Source: Longimicrobiales bacterium
GTDB lineage: Bacteria > Gemmatimonadota > Gemmatimonadetes > Longimicrobiales > Gaopeijiaceae
Assembly: GCA_965198065.1 (NCBI GenBank)
Contig: CBDAON010000004.1
Span: 2,720,001 to 2,784,000 of the forward strand
DNA length: 64,000 bases
Direction of reading: 5' to 3'
Below the pieces are notes generated by a model that did not search any database, was not told the DNA's origin, and saw only the letters and a list, made by a program, of their open reading frames with translations. This document shows, piece after piece, positions 10,143-19,843 of this stretch. A program made the position numbers and the translations under genes. The first letter of the stretch is position 1, and each line of letters opens with the position of its first letter.

Positions 10143-12419
10143 ATGGCATACCGGAGCTGGTGCTTCGCCCTCGTGGTGTTCTTAGCGGTAACCCCTGCGC
10201 GTGTCGCATTGGCCCAGGCGCCCATTACAGCCGACCAGTCGTCCTTGCAAGTCGAGTCACGGGACGCTGAGGGAAGGGTCACGGTGCGGGCGACGAGGCT
10301 TTCGGGTGACCTCGATCTCGACGGCCGCCTCGACGAGTCCGTGTACGAGACCGTGCAGCCCATCACTGACTTCGTCCAGCAGATTCCCGATGAGGGAGCT
10401 CCGGCCAGCGAGCGAACCGAAGCCTGGGTGTTCTTCGACGACGAGAATCTCTACGTCTCCGCACGCAACTACGAGTCGGTGCCGCCGAGCGAGTGGGTTG
10501 CGAACGAAATGCGCCGAGATGTCGGGCAGCTCCGTCAGAACGACTCGTTTACGGTCATGCTCGATACGTTTCTCGATCGGCGAAACGGGGTGGCGTTCCT
10601 CGTGACTCCGATCGGCGGGTTCTCCGACTTCGCGATCACGAACGAAGGGAACGTGAACACCGACTGGAACGTCGTCTGGGGATCCCAGACTGGAGTGTTC
10701 GACGGAGGATGGGTGGTCGAGGTGCAAATCCCGTTCAAGTCGCTCCGATACCGCCCAGGCCCGGTCCAAACGTGGGGAATTCAGCTTCGCCGCATCGTCC
10801 GTCGCCGAACCGAGGCATCATATCTTACGCGGGTACCGATCTCTGCCGCCCGTGGAAACAGTGTGATCGCGGGGCTCTGGCGCATCTCCGAGGCCGGGAC
10901 GCTGACGGATCTCGAAGTTCCGGGGCCGAGCCTCAACGTCGAAGTCAAGCCATACGGAATCGGAGGGATCCGGACGGACCTGCAGGCCACACCCGTGACT
11001 CGGAACGAGCCCGACGGGGACTTCGGCTTGGACGTGAAATACGGGATCACGAGCAACCTGACGGCCGACCTCACCTTCAACACGGACTTCGCCCAGGTCG
11101 AGGTCGACGAACAGCAGGTCAATCTGACCCGCTTCAGCCTCTTCTTTCCCGAGAAGCGCGAGTTCTTCCTCGAAGGCCGAGGCAACTTCGACTTTGCCAG
11201 AGGCGCGGCAGGGGATGGCGGAGTCGGTGCCCCCACCATGTTCTTCACCCGACGCATCGGTCTCCAGCAGGGCGAGGTCGTGCCGATCCTGGCCGGGGGC
11301 CGGGTCACCGGCAAGGTGGGCGCGTTCGACGTGGGGGCGCTCAACATTCAGACCGAAGCAGACGACCCCGCTGACATCGAGTCGACCAACTTCACGGTCC
11401 TCCGCGTGAAGCGCGACGTCCTGAGCAGGAGCACTGTCGGGGCGCTGTTCACGAATCGTTCGGTATCGCTCGTCTCCACCGGAACCAACCAGCTCTACGG
11501 TATCGACGGGTCCTTCGCCTTTCGCGACGACTTCAACCTCCTGGGCTATTTCGCGAAGACCGAGACAACGGACCTCGACGGGCGTGACCTGAGCTACATG
11601 GGCCGCTTCGCGTACACGGGTGACCGGTACGGGATCACGACTGGCTACCTCGTCGTCGAAGACAACTTCAACCCGGGGGTCGGATTCCTCCGCCGGGACA
11701 ACTTCCGTCAGGTCACAGGATCGGCACGCTTCAGCCCCCGGCCGGAATCGATCGACTGGATCCGCCGGTTCAATCTGAACGCGAGCACCGACTGGCTCTG
11801 GAACGCCGACCGGGGAGGCCTGGAGACACGGCAGCACCAGCTTCAGTTCGTGACTGAGCTGGAGAGTAGCGACCGGATCAGCTTCTCGGTCAGCGACGAG
11901 TTCGAGGCGCTGGCCGAGACCTTTACGATCGCGCCGGAGGTCGTCCTGGAACCGGGGGAGTACGACTTCACCAGCTTCTTGGCGTCCTACGCCTTCGGGG
12001 CTCAGAGACCGGTAAGCGGATCGATCTCCCTGCAGACCGGGGACTTTTGGAGTGGTAGAAACACCTCGCTTGGGGTCAGCCGCGGGCGGGTCGAGGTAAC
12101 CCCCCAGTTCTCGCTGGAGCCGAGCTATTCGATCAATTGGGTGGACCTGCCCGAGGGTGACTTCCGGACTCAGGTCGGCAGGCTTCGTTTCACCTATACG
12201 TTCACCCCCCGGATGTTTCTGAGCGGTCTCGTTCAGTACAACTCCGGCAGGGACTCATTCAGCACCAACTTCAGGTTCCGGTGGGAGTGGAGCCCTGGAA
12301 GTGAGCTGTTCATCGTCTATACAGAGGATCGGAACACCGATCCTCTGAGCTCCGCCCGTACGACGGAGCTCCGGAACCGGGGGCTGGTGTTCAAGGTCAA
12401 CCGGCTGCTTCAGTTCTGA
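10143..12419 (+). CDS. DUF5916 domain protein (CBM9-like N-terminus plus outer-membrane beta-barrel)
   Basis: Signal peptide; LDGRLDE, IPFKSLRY, NTDFAQVEVD..QVNLTRFSLFFPEKREFFLEG; C-terminal F. Confidence 0.85.
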   Translation: MAYRSWCFALVVFLAVTPARVALAQAPITADQSSLQVESRDAEGRVTVRATRLSGDLDLDGRLDESVYETVQPITDFVQQIPDEGAPASERTEAWVFFDDENLYVSARNYESVPPSEWVANEMRRDVGQLRQNDSFTVMLDTFLDRRNGVAFLVTPIGGFSDFAITNEGNVNTDWNVVWGSQTGVFDGGWVVEVQIPFKSLRYRPGPVQTWGIQLRRIVRRRTEASYLTRVPISAARGNSVIAGLWRISEAGTLTDLEVPGPSLNVEVKPYGIGGIRTDLQATPVTRNEPDGDFGLDVKYGITSNLTADLTFNTDFAQVEVDEQQVNLTRFSLFFPEKREFFLEGRGNFDFARGAAGDGGVGAPTMFFTRRIGLQQGEVVPILAGGRVTGKVGAFDVGALNIQTEADDPADIESTNFTVLRVKRDVLSRSTVGALFTNRSVSLVSTGTNQLYGIDGSFAFRDDFNLLGYFAKTETTDLDGRDLSYMGRFAYTGDRYGITTGYLVVEDNFNPGVGFLRRDNFRQVTGSARFSPRPESIDWIRRFNLNASTDWLWNADRGGLETRQHQLQFVTELESSDRISFSVSDEFEALAETFTIAPEVVLEPGEYDFTSFLASYAFGAQRPVSGSISLQTGDFWSGRNTSLGVSRGRVEVTPQFSLEPSYSINWVDLPEGDFRTQVGRLRFTYTFTPRMFLSGLVQYNSGRDSFSTNFRFRWEWSPGSELFIVYTEDRNTDPLSSARTTELRNRGLVFKVNRLLQF

Positions 12420-12509
12420 ACGTTGGCAGGCCTAGCCGGGGTGAGGAAGTCTGCCTCTTCCCTGGGCTGGCCGCATCGCGGGTGGAGGGACGAGCGGGCC
12501 GGGCCCGAC

Positions 12510-13151
12510 CTAGGGCCAGAGCATCCGCCACTCGGTCGAATATTCCGCGAGTCCCCACGTGATCTTGAGTCTGCCAGAGGGCACCGTGTAGTCCCCATCT
12601 AGAAGATCCGGCTCGAGAGTGATCGTCAAGCTCTCGACGCTCTCCGCGAGGTCGCGGCGAGTCATGCGCGTTCTCCCGAAGTCGCGAGAAGGGTCATAGT
12701 CGGTGCCCCACTGGCGTGTCTCCTCGCTCACGATGAGCTCGCCGCCGTCCTCCGTAGGAAGAAGAAAGAGCGTGTACTCACCTCGCGGCAGGTCCAACTC
12801 CCCGATGCGCATCTCGACGTCAAGCATCAGCGTTGTCGACCAATTCGCGCCCAGGCGCCAAGCCTGGCCGTAAGGAACCAGCCCGCCGAAGATCGTCCGG
12901 CCCCGCGCGTGAGGCTGGCCGTAGTCGATGATCATCCGTGACGGACCGGAGTGGGACGGCGTGCCGGTGAACCACCCCCAGTCCGGCCCCCTGCCTCGGA
13001 GCAGGCGACCGTCAAACGCTACGCTTGTGGTCACACGGCCGCTGGGCGCGACATTGGGTCGAGGCGCGGCTTGCTGTGCCTGAACGGACCCGGCGACAAC
13101 CAGCGGGATCAGGCTGGACCGTAGCAGGGTGCGGATGCGGGGGAAGTGCAT
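12510..13151 (-). CDS. DUF2911 domain protein
   Basis: Signal peptide; IDYGQPHARGRTIFGGLVPYGQAWRLGAN, QWGT.YD. Confidence 0.85.
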   Translation of the reverse strand: MHFPRIRTLLRSSLIPLVVAGSVQAQQAAPRPNVAPSGRVTTSVAFDGRLLRGRGPDWGWFTGTPSHSGPSRMIIDYGQPHARGRTIFGGLVPYGQAWRLGANWSTTLMLDVEMRIGELDLPRGEYTLFLLPTEDGGELIVSEETRQWGTDYDPSRDFGRTRMTRRDLAESVESLTITLEPDLLDGDYTVPSGRLKITWGLAEYSTEWRMLWP

Positions 13152-13280
13152 GTTCGTCTGTCCGGAGGTTGGGTCGTTCCGCACGTTGGGTAGCTCACCC
13201 TCAGAGTTGGAACAACTTGTTGATATTGATGACGAGACCTTGACTCCGTCGCTCTGTCGTCCGGTTCGGAGCCTGCCCAC

Positions 13281-14367
13281 TCAACATGGTGCGACTCCTG
13301 AGTCGACGAGCCGGCCGCACCAGGTCGGACCGTTCTTCGCATCGACGACGAGAAGTCGAGCCTCGCCTCCCTGCATGAACTCGACACGCATGTACCCATG
13401 GTCGCTCTGGGCAAAGTAGGTGTCACTCCGAGATCTTACTGGACTCACCGTCGTGGCGCTCCCGCTGACGATGGCGAATTGGGCTCCCGAATCCGTGCCA
13501 TCGAGTACCTGGAGACTGTGATCGTGTCCAGCGGCGTGGAGAAATACGCTTCCCGAAGCTCGCTCGTACGTTTGCCTCAGCATCTCTCGTAAGCGCTGGT
13601 TGGCCTCCCCGGGAATGTCCTGCTCGTCAGGCGGCATGATCCATCGGCGCGTAAGCCACCAAAGCTGCGCCAGCCCCGGAGCTGGCACGAACAGGTATTC
13701 GTTGAACTCACGCAGGGGAAACACATGCCAGTTGAGGTGGAACTCTTTACTGTGACGTCCATGCGTTCTCAACGGATGGTGAGCTAACACGACCACGCGC
13801 TGCACGCAGTGGTTCCTTCAATCTGAGCTCTGTCCCGGCCCTCGCATCCTCGAATATCCGGGAGTGCGACTCGTCATCATCGACAGCCGCTCCGGGGAAG
13901 GAATTCGACATTAGTTTGTCCCGATACGTGTTCCGCCTGTGTTTCTACCGCTAGCAGACCTCCCTCACGTCCTTCGTTCCAGTCATGGTTCCCTGGACTG
14001 GACGCCCAGGTTGCCGTCGTCAAAGGGCACGACCGCTCAGGCGCTGTTTCTTCTAGCGCGCCGTCCCTACTCTCGCTCCTTCACCCCGTCCGGGTAGACG
14101 TTGTCGCCGAGCGGTCAAGTGATCGTCGCGTACCTTGAGTCGCGAACGAGAATGATACGGATCAATCTGGTCCCGCACCGCCTCGGCCACGTCCCTTCTC
14201 AAGACGTCGAGGGTCTCGGTGACAGACGTGGCCAGCCCAGCATCACCAACGAGGTAAAGCGTGGTCAGTATCTGATTGGGAGAAGGTGGGACGGGAATGG
14301 CTTGACGGCCCCCGCACGCAGCCGTCCCGGCCAGTGTCACCAGGACAAAGGCTGTCAAATGCCTCAT
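13281..14367 (-). pseudogene. Calcineurin-like metallophosphoesterase lipoprotein, scrambled
   Basis: Minus-strand motifs LVGDAG, LGDNVYPDG, PGNHDW, AHHP, AGHDHSLQ, IVSGS; intervening segments lie on the plus strand. Confidence 0.8.
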
Positions 14368-14423
14368 GCGAAGCTCCACATGTGGGACCTGAGTACCTGG
14401 TTCATCGCTCCGCTTACTCGCGT

Positions 14424-15544
14424 TTACTCCACGTGATAGAAGGCCTGCTCCCGGGGACCTGGTTGTTCCACTGCCACGCGTGGCTCAGCATCTCTTAGCC
14501 GGCATGCGGTTGTCCGGCACCATGTCCGCGGTCACCCATCTGCATCGTGTTGATGTTCGTGACATCCGTTCGCATTTGATTCGCGATCACTGTATTGCCG
14601 TGCCAGTGCGCGGCGTGCACTTCGAATCCGGTCGTGGCCATGAGGTACCAGCGTACCCGCTCACCGCGCCTCATTCGGATCCCGGGAAGGTGCCCGAAAG
14701 AGAGACCGTTCACGGTGGTACGAAGGTTCGCCACAAAGTAGAGATCGCTAAAGTCGCCTATGCGCGGCCGGATGCTCGGGTCTCCGGCGTAGGTCTCGAT
14801 GTTCTCGTCCAGGAACCAACTGAAATTTTCGTCGAATTCCGCGAACGCGATGACGAACTCGCGATCCACGTCCAGCGGCGAGCCATCCTCGGCGGTCATC
14901 CCGCGGGCGGTCACAAGGATCGGGCCGATCAGACCAGCGTTCAGATCGGCCTCTTCGCGGGCGTGCGAGTGATACATCCACTGGACGGAGCTCCGCTCCC
15001 CGGGTGCGGGCCCCGCACGCTCTGGTACCGGCCAAACGTAGACGTGGGTTCCGCCCGGAGGCACACCGTCGTCGTTCTTGTCCACGCCGCTGGTTCCATC
15101 GGCGTACGGTGATCCTTCGGAGTCCTTGTCGTAGAAGACGCCGTGCGGATGCATCGTGTACGGATAGCTGCCGTTGTTTCGGAAGACGACCCGGATCGTG
15201 TCGCCGACCTCCGCGCGAAGCAACGGACCCAGGATACCCAGATGCTCCCACTCGGGGGGGCGCGGCCGTAGGGTCGTGAAGGTGCTGTCCGTGTACTCGC
15301 GATAGATCACCTTCCTGTACCTGCGTCCTATCCGGTCCGCGGCCTGGACCATCACGACCGGATCGAAGCCCTCCCAGTCACGCCCCGTGACCAGGTTAGA
15401 ATCCGTCGGCGCGTAATCCCACACGACCTCGTCCGCCGCGACGTAGTAAGTGCGAGTCACGCCATCGCCCGTGGTCGCGGAGCACCCCGAAGTCATCAGG
15501 GCAGGAGGAAGAAGCACCACCAGGAATGCAACGGCCCGTTTCAT
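14424..15544 (-). pseudogene. Two-domain multicopper oxidase (ceruloplasmin-like), C-terminal Cu motif inverted
   Basis: TMHPHGV, WMYHSH, HAAHWHG on minus strand; PGTWLFHCH...QHLLAGM on plus strand at 14451-14506; QAFYHVE* resumes on minus. Confidence 0.85.
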
Positions 15545-15755
15545 TGGCGCTCCCCTAACGTGGGTAGAGAGAAGGTGGAACGGACGGGGCAAAGTGCCAC
15601 GAGCCACGGACCTGGTGCAAGAGAACCACCGGAGGAGCCGGCGCGCGGGTCCTCCCGACTCCCGCCGCATGAGAGAATGTGACGACCGAGACCCCGGGTC
15701 CCTCACTTCTCTCCGGTCAGGAACTTCTCCAGAGCATCTGCCGGCCCCATCGCCA

Positions 15756-16637
15756 TCAGCGTGTCGTGTGCCAACATCGGGGTGGACACGTACCGGTGTC
15801 CAACCGCTGGGGGATCGTTTTCAACCCGTGAACCGGACGACCACAATCCTTGCAATAGCGAGCGCCGTTCTCGTGGCCCGGAGAGAGGCATTCTGGACAG
15901 ACCCGCGTGGACGGCTCGCGGACGGCTTGAACCAGCTCCGCGCTCACGATACCTGTCGGCACGACGATGATCGAGTAACCCATGACCATAGCAACTGCGG
16001 CCAGTGCCTTCCCCAGCGGTGTTACCGGCGCGAGATCGCCATACCCCACGGTCGTAACCGTCACGATCGCCCAGTACACGCTCTCGGGAATGCTCGTGAA
16101 GCCGGAGGCCTCGCCTTCGATCAAGTACATGGCCGAACCCAAGATCACGACGAGGATGAACACGGTCCCGAGGAAGACGGCGACCTTGTGGCCGCTCGAG
16201 CGGAGCGCGGCCGTGAGGACATTCGCCTGGCCCAGGAAACGGGCAAGCTTGAACACCCTGAAGATGCGCAGCAGGCGCAGGGCCCGAATGGTGAGGAGGG
16301 ACTGAGACCCTGGCACGACGAGGCTGAGATACGTGGGCACGATGGCCAGCACGTCGACGACGCCGAAGAAGCTCCGCGCGTAGGCGCCGGCGTGCCGGAC
16401 GACGACAAGCCGCACCACGTACTCGAGGGTGAAAAGGACTGTCACGACCCATTCGGCCGCCACCAAGGCTGGACCGTGAGTCGCCCGGACCGAGGGTATG
16501 CTTTCGAGCATGACCAGCACGACGGCGGTCACGATCACCGCCAGCAGAGCCACGTCGAAGACTTTGCCCGCCGGCGTTTCGGCCTCGAAGATCACGGCGT
16601 GCAGCCGCTCGCGCCGGCTGGGCTGCCGGTCACTCAA
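15756..16637 (-). CDS. Voltage-gated-type potassium channel / ion transporter
   Basis: S4 motif IRALRLLRIFRVFKL; filter TVTTVGYGD; C-terminal CxxC...CxxC. Confidence 0.92.
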   Translation of the reverse strand: MSDRQPSRRERLHAVIFEAETPAGKVFDVALLAVIVTAVVLVMLESIPSVRATHGPALVAAEWVVTVLFTLEYVVRLVVVRHAGAYARSFFGVVDVLAIVPTYLSLVVPGSQSLLTIRALRLLRIFRVFKLARFLGQANVLTAALRSSGHKVAVFLGTVFILVVILGSAMYLIEGEASGFTSIPESVYWAIVTVTTVGYGDLAPVTPLGKALAAVAMVMGYSIIVVPTGIVSAELVQAVREPSTRVCPECLSPGHENGARYCKDCGRPVHGLKTIPQRLDTGTCPPRCWHTTR

Positions 16638-17278
16638 GGTCGCTCGCTCCCGAGCCGATCGTTTCCGCTTGGCGGTGGGTCACACGGTATCGGAAGGCAC
16701 GTCTGGGGGATGGGACACTCAACGCGCTTGAGGCGCGATCGGCAACGTAGGGTGCGGTGCTCGGACGAGCAACGAGGGCCCTGCCGAAGGCCTGGCCCCT
16801 TCCACCTCAGGCGTCGAAGTCACCGGGAGTGGACTGGTCGAAGACGAAGTCGGCGATCGGCTCCGGGACGGTGAGATCGACGCCATGCGGGCCAAGTTGT
16901 CCCGTAGATGGGTGAAGCTGTCCTGCTAGAGCCAGAACGAGTCTGCCGGAAACCTCCGTGGAGACCTCTTCGTTCTCGAGGCGAGGCGGCTGGCGCCGAG
17001 ACCAGCGAGCGCGGGAAGCGCCCTAACCGACCGCCGCCGCCCCTGGACTCGACTCCACTGAGGGGCCCTTCCAGCAACCGACATCCGTATCGTCCCCGCG
17101 CTCCCGAACCACTCGACTGGCTGCAGATCGAGACTCTCGACATCTTGAGAAAGCCCGCGAGCTTCTTCCCACTCGGTCCGAGAGATCGCCCCTGCTCCAC
17201 CAACGGCAAGTCTTCCAGTTCTTCGAGAGCGACCGACCGAGAGCTACGGCGCTGCCCCTCCTCCTGCTGGGACTCTGC

Positions 17279-17731
17279 ATGGTCGGCTGCACGGAAGAAG
17301 GGCCGGAGCCCGAAGCGCCGGATGGCGAAGGCGTTCTCCCCTCCGACTCCACTTCCCGGCGAGCCCCGCCCTTCGAGGACATGGCGGGCCAGTTGAACGG
17401 TGCCATCGTCCGAGGAGAAGTCACCGCAACGAACGCGGACGGTGCGGTCGTTGTCGTCATCGAGGCTTCGGACCTCCCGGATCCGCGTGAGTACCCCGCG
17501 TACCTCTATCGAGGGACGTGCACAGAGTCGCAAGGCGAATCCGTGGCATTGAGCTGGGTAGCGACGCTCCCGGACTTGACGGGCTCGAGCACGACGGTAG
17601 TCGACGCAGCCATGCTGGTGGGCGACGCTCCTATCGCTGTACGGATCTTTGCGTCCGATGGTATGTCTATGGCCTGCGGCGAGCTGTCGCCACGAGGGAT
17701 CTTGACAGGCGGCGCTCCGTCCCTACCGTAA
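17279..17731 (+). CDS. Hypothetical lipoprotein (CHRD/SOD-like small beta domain)
   Basis: Lipobox-like LCMVGC in the upstream frame; YPAYLYRGTC...MACGEL; true start uncertain. Confidence 0.45.
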   Translation: MVGCTEEGPEPEAPDGEGVLPSDSTSRRAPPFEDMAGQLNGAIVRGEVTATNADGAVVVVIEASDLPDPREYPAYLYRGTCTESQGESVALSWVATLPDLTGSSTTVVDAAMLVGDAPIAVRIFASDGMSMACGELSPRGILTGGAPSLP

Positions 17732-17875
17732 GGGAGCTCGCCCAGCACCCCCCTCTTCGACGCGCGACTCTCCCGCCTCGGTGACGAGCCGAAATTCGAT
17801 TCCCACGTAGCTCCCGAGCTGCCGCGGGCTCGCCTTCACGACTCTACGCCCACCTCATGTCCTGCCTTGGATTGC

Positions 17876-18343
17876 CTAATGGAGGAGGGCGGATGGATCA
17901 CCTGTCGGGAGTGGCAGGACGGAGCCGGGGGGTTCTCCCTCAGGTTCAGCGAGCGACGGAGGGACGTCCGGTAGGCGACCCGTATGCGACCCCGGTTCCC
18001 GGGCGGGCGGGCCCAGCAGGGTGAGCTCGGCCTCGATCTCCGGGTGGTCTCCGGGCACGGCCACGCGGAACGCGATGAAGGGGAAGAGAGGGTTGGGAAG
18101 GACGTATCGCCACCCGAGGAATCGCGACACCTGGCCGGTCTTCGCGCGGAAATGCAGCCAGGTGTACACGAACTTGTACACGCAGAGCCCGGGCACGGCG
18201 CTCGTCCGAAACCCGTCCGTTCGAAGATGCTTCTTCGAGATGTACCAGTTTCCCTCGAACGGCGTGATGCCCCAGCCCACCGGGCCTTCCGCGATCACCT
18301 CGCCGGAAGGGAGGTGCGTGATACGCACGAACTTCTTCGGCAC
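17876..18343 (-). CDS. Hypothetical protein
   Basis: 155-aa ORF with protein-like composition (GITPFEGNWY, GLCVYKFVY) and an upstream AGGAGG. Confidence 0.6.
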   Translation of the reverse strand: MPKKFVRITHLPSGEVIAEGPVGWGITPFEGNWYISKKHLRTDGFRTSAVPGLCVYKFVYTWLHFRAKTGQVSRFLGWRYVLPNPLFPFIAFRVAVPGDHPEIEAELTLLGPPAREPGSHTGRLPDVPPSLAEPEGEPPGSVLPLPTGDPSALLH

Positions 18344-18487
18344 GGTCCCTCCTGTGCGCCGTTCGCCCGACTGAACGTGGGGTTGCCGGCGGGCTCTATG
18401 CGCGCGGGGTTATTCCTCCTCGATGCAGGGAGCCAATCCGTGGAGAGAATGACGGGTTCCCACGGGGCCGCACCGGGGCGAATCCCG

Positions 18488-19009
18488 CTACGTCGCGTTC
18501 TCCCCGTAGATCTGCTGCGTGAGTGCCGGGATCAGGCCCATCGTGCGAGCGTACAGGGCCAGCTGACCCCGGTGGTAGTCCTCATGGGACGCGGCGTAGA
18601 AGACGTTAAGTGATCCGGCTCCAGGAGCCTCCGTCGAAACGCCGGATCGCGGTCGCCATGTGCCCCTCACCGGCGGCTCGGATCCGGGCCACCGTCTGGT
18701 TGTGGAGGCGATCGAGCGCCTCGTGTAGCTCCCCTGGGGTCATCGACTCGGGGAGGTCACCAGCGTGTGCTCGCATGTGCTCCTGAGGCTGACGACGCTG
18801 GAAGTCCCCGTCCCGGTCCGCGGCTTCCCCCGCGAGCATGGCCGCGGACTCGAGCATGTGCTTCACGAGCTCGGAGACAGTTCGGCTCTTCGGGTGGGGA
18901 CGGTAGTCCCAGCGGTCGTCGGGGATGTTGTTCACCTCGGCGATCGTGCCCTGGCGGGCAAGCTCAGGGCTTCGATGGCGTCCTCGAGAATGGAGGGGCG
19001 GTCATTCAT
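18488..19009 (-). pseudogene. DinB family protein, frameshifted
   Basis: WDYRPHPKSRTVSELVKH and SHEDYHRGQLALYARTMGLIP lie in different frames; breaks at ~18610 and ~18960. Confidence 0.75.
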
Positions 19010-19081
19010 CGTGGGACCTCCGTGTTGGGTGGCTTGGTCGGGCAAGGTCCCTTGTCCCGAGGCCACGAGGCCCGCGAAACT

Positions 19082-19843
19082 GTGAGTATCGTGGCCCTCT
19101 CCCTCGAAGCCCGGAACGTCGAGCACCGCTACCGCAGCGCGTTGGCGCTCGACGGCGTGTCGATCGATGTGCCCGAGGGCGGGATGATCGCCCTCGTGGG
19201 TGAGAGCGGCTCGGGTAAGACTACGCTCCTGCGGTCCTTCAACCGGCTCGTCCAACCCGACGCGGGTACGGTACGCGTCGGTGGCCAGGATGTGCGCGAT
19301 ATGAGTCCGATTGCCCTGCGTCGGCGCATCGGCTACGTGCCCCAACACGGCGGCCTCCTACCCCACTGGGGAGTTCTCCGGAACGTCGCTTTGGTGCCCC
19401 GGCTCGCGGGGAGCGCAGATCCGGAGGCGGCCGCCGAGGACGCGCTCACACGCGTGGCGTTGGACCCGGCCGGGTTCGGTCGCCGGCTACCGCGGGAGCT
19501 TTCGGGAGGACAGCGGCAGCGTGCCGCGATCGCCCGGGCGCTTGCGGCGCGCCAGGAGGTCGTGCTCCTGGACGAGCCGTTCGGCGCGCTCGACACGATC
19601 TCTCGGGGGGAGCTTCAGGAGGCGTTCGCCCGCCTGCGTCAGGAGATCGGGTTCACGGCCCTCCTCGTGACGCACGACCTCGCGGAGGCCGCGCGCCTCG
19701 CCGAGACGATCGTGGTCATGCGGGCGGGTCAGATCGAGCAGACGGGCACGATCAGAGAGATCCGGCACGCACCGGCCACGCCATACGTGCGCACGCTCTT
19801 CGAACGCGCCGACGCTGCCGCCACCGCCCTGACGTCCGCATGA
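19082..19843 (+). CDS. Osmoprotectant (OpuA/OpuB-type) ABC transporter ATP-binding protein
   Basis: GESGSGKT, LRRRIGYVPQ, LSGGQRQR, LLDEPFGALD, VTHD. Confidence 0.9.
   Translation: MSIVALSLEARNVEHRYRSALALDGVSIDVPEGGMIALVGESGSGKTTLLRSFNRLVQPDAGTVRVGGQDVRDMSPIALRRRIGYVPQHGGLLPHWGVLRNVALVPRLAGSADPEAAAEDALTRVALDPAGFGRRLPRELSGGQRQRAAIARALAARQEVVLLDEPFGALDTISRGELQEAFARLRQEIGFTALLVTHDLAEAARLAETIVVMRAGQIEQTGTIREIRHAPATPYVRTLFERADAAATALTSA

Noticed and set aside
13800..14520. Shufflon or invertase-controlled phase variation
   Set aside because: No shared long inverted recombination sites, no recombinase nearby, and accompanying indels would prevent clean restoration
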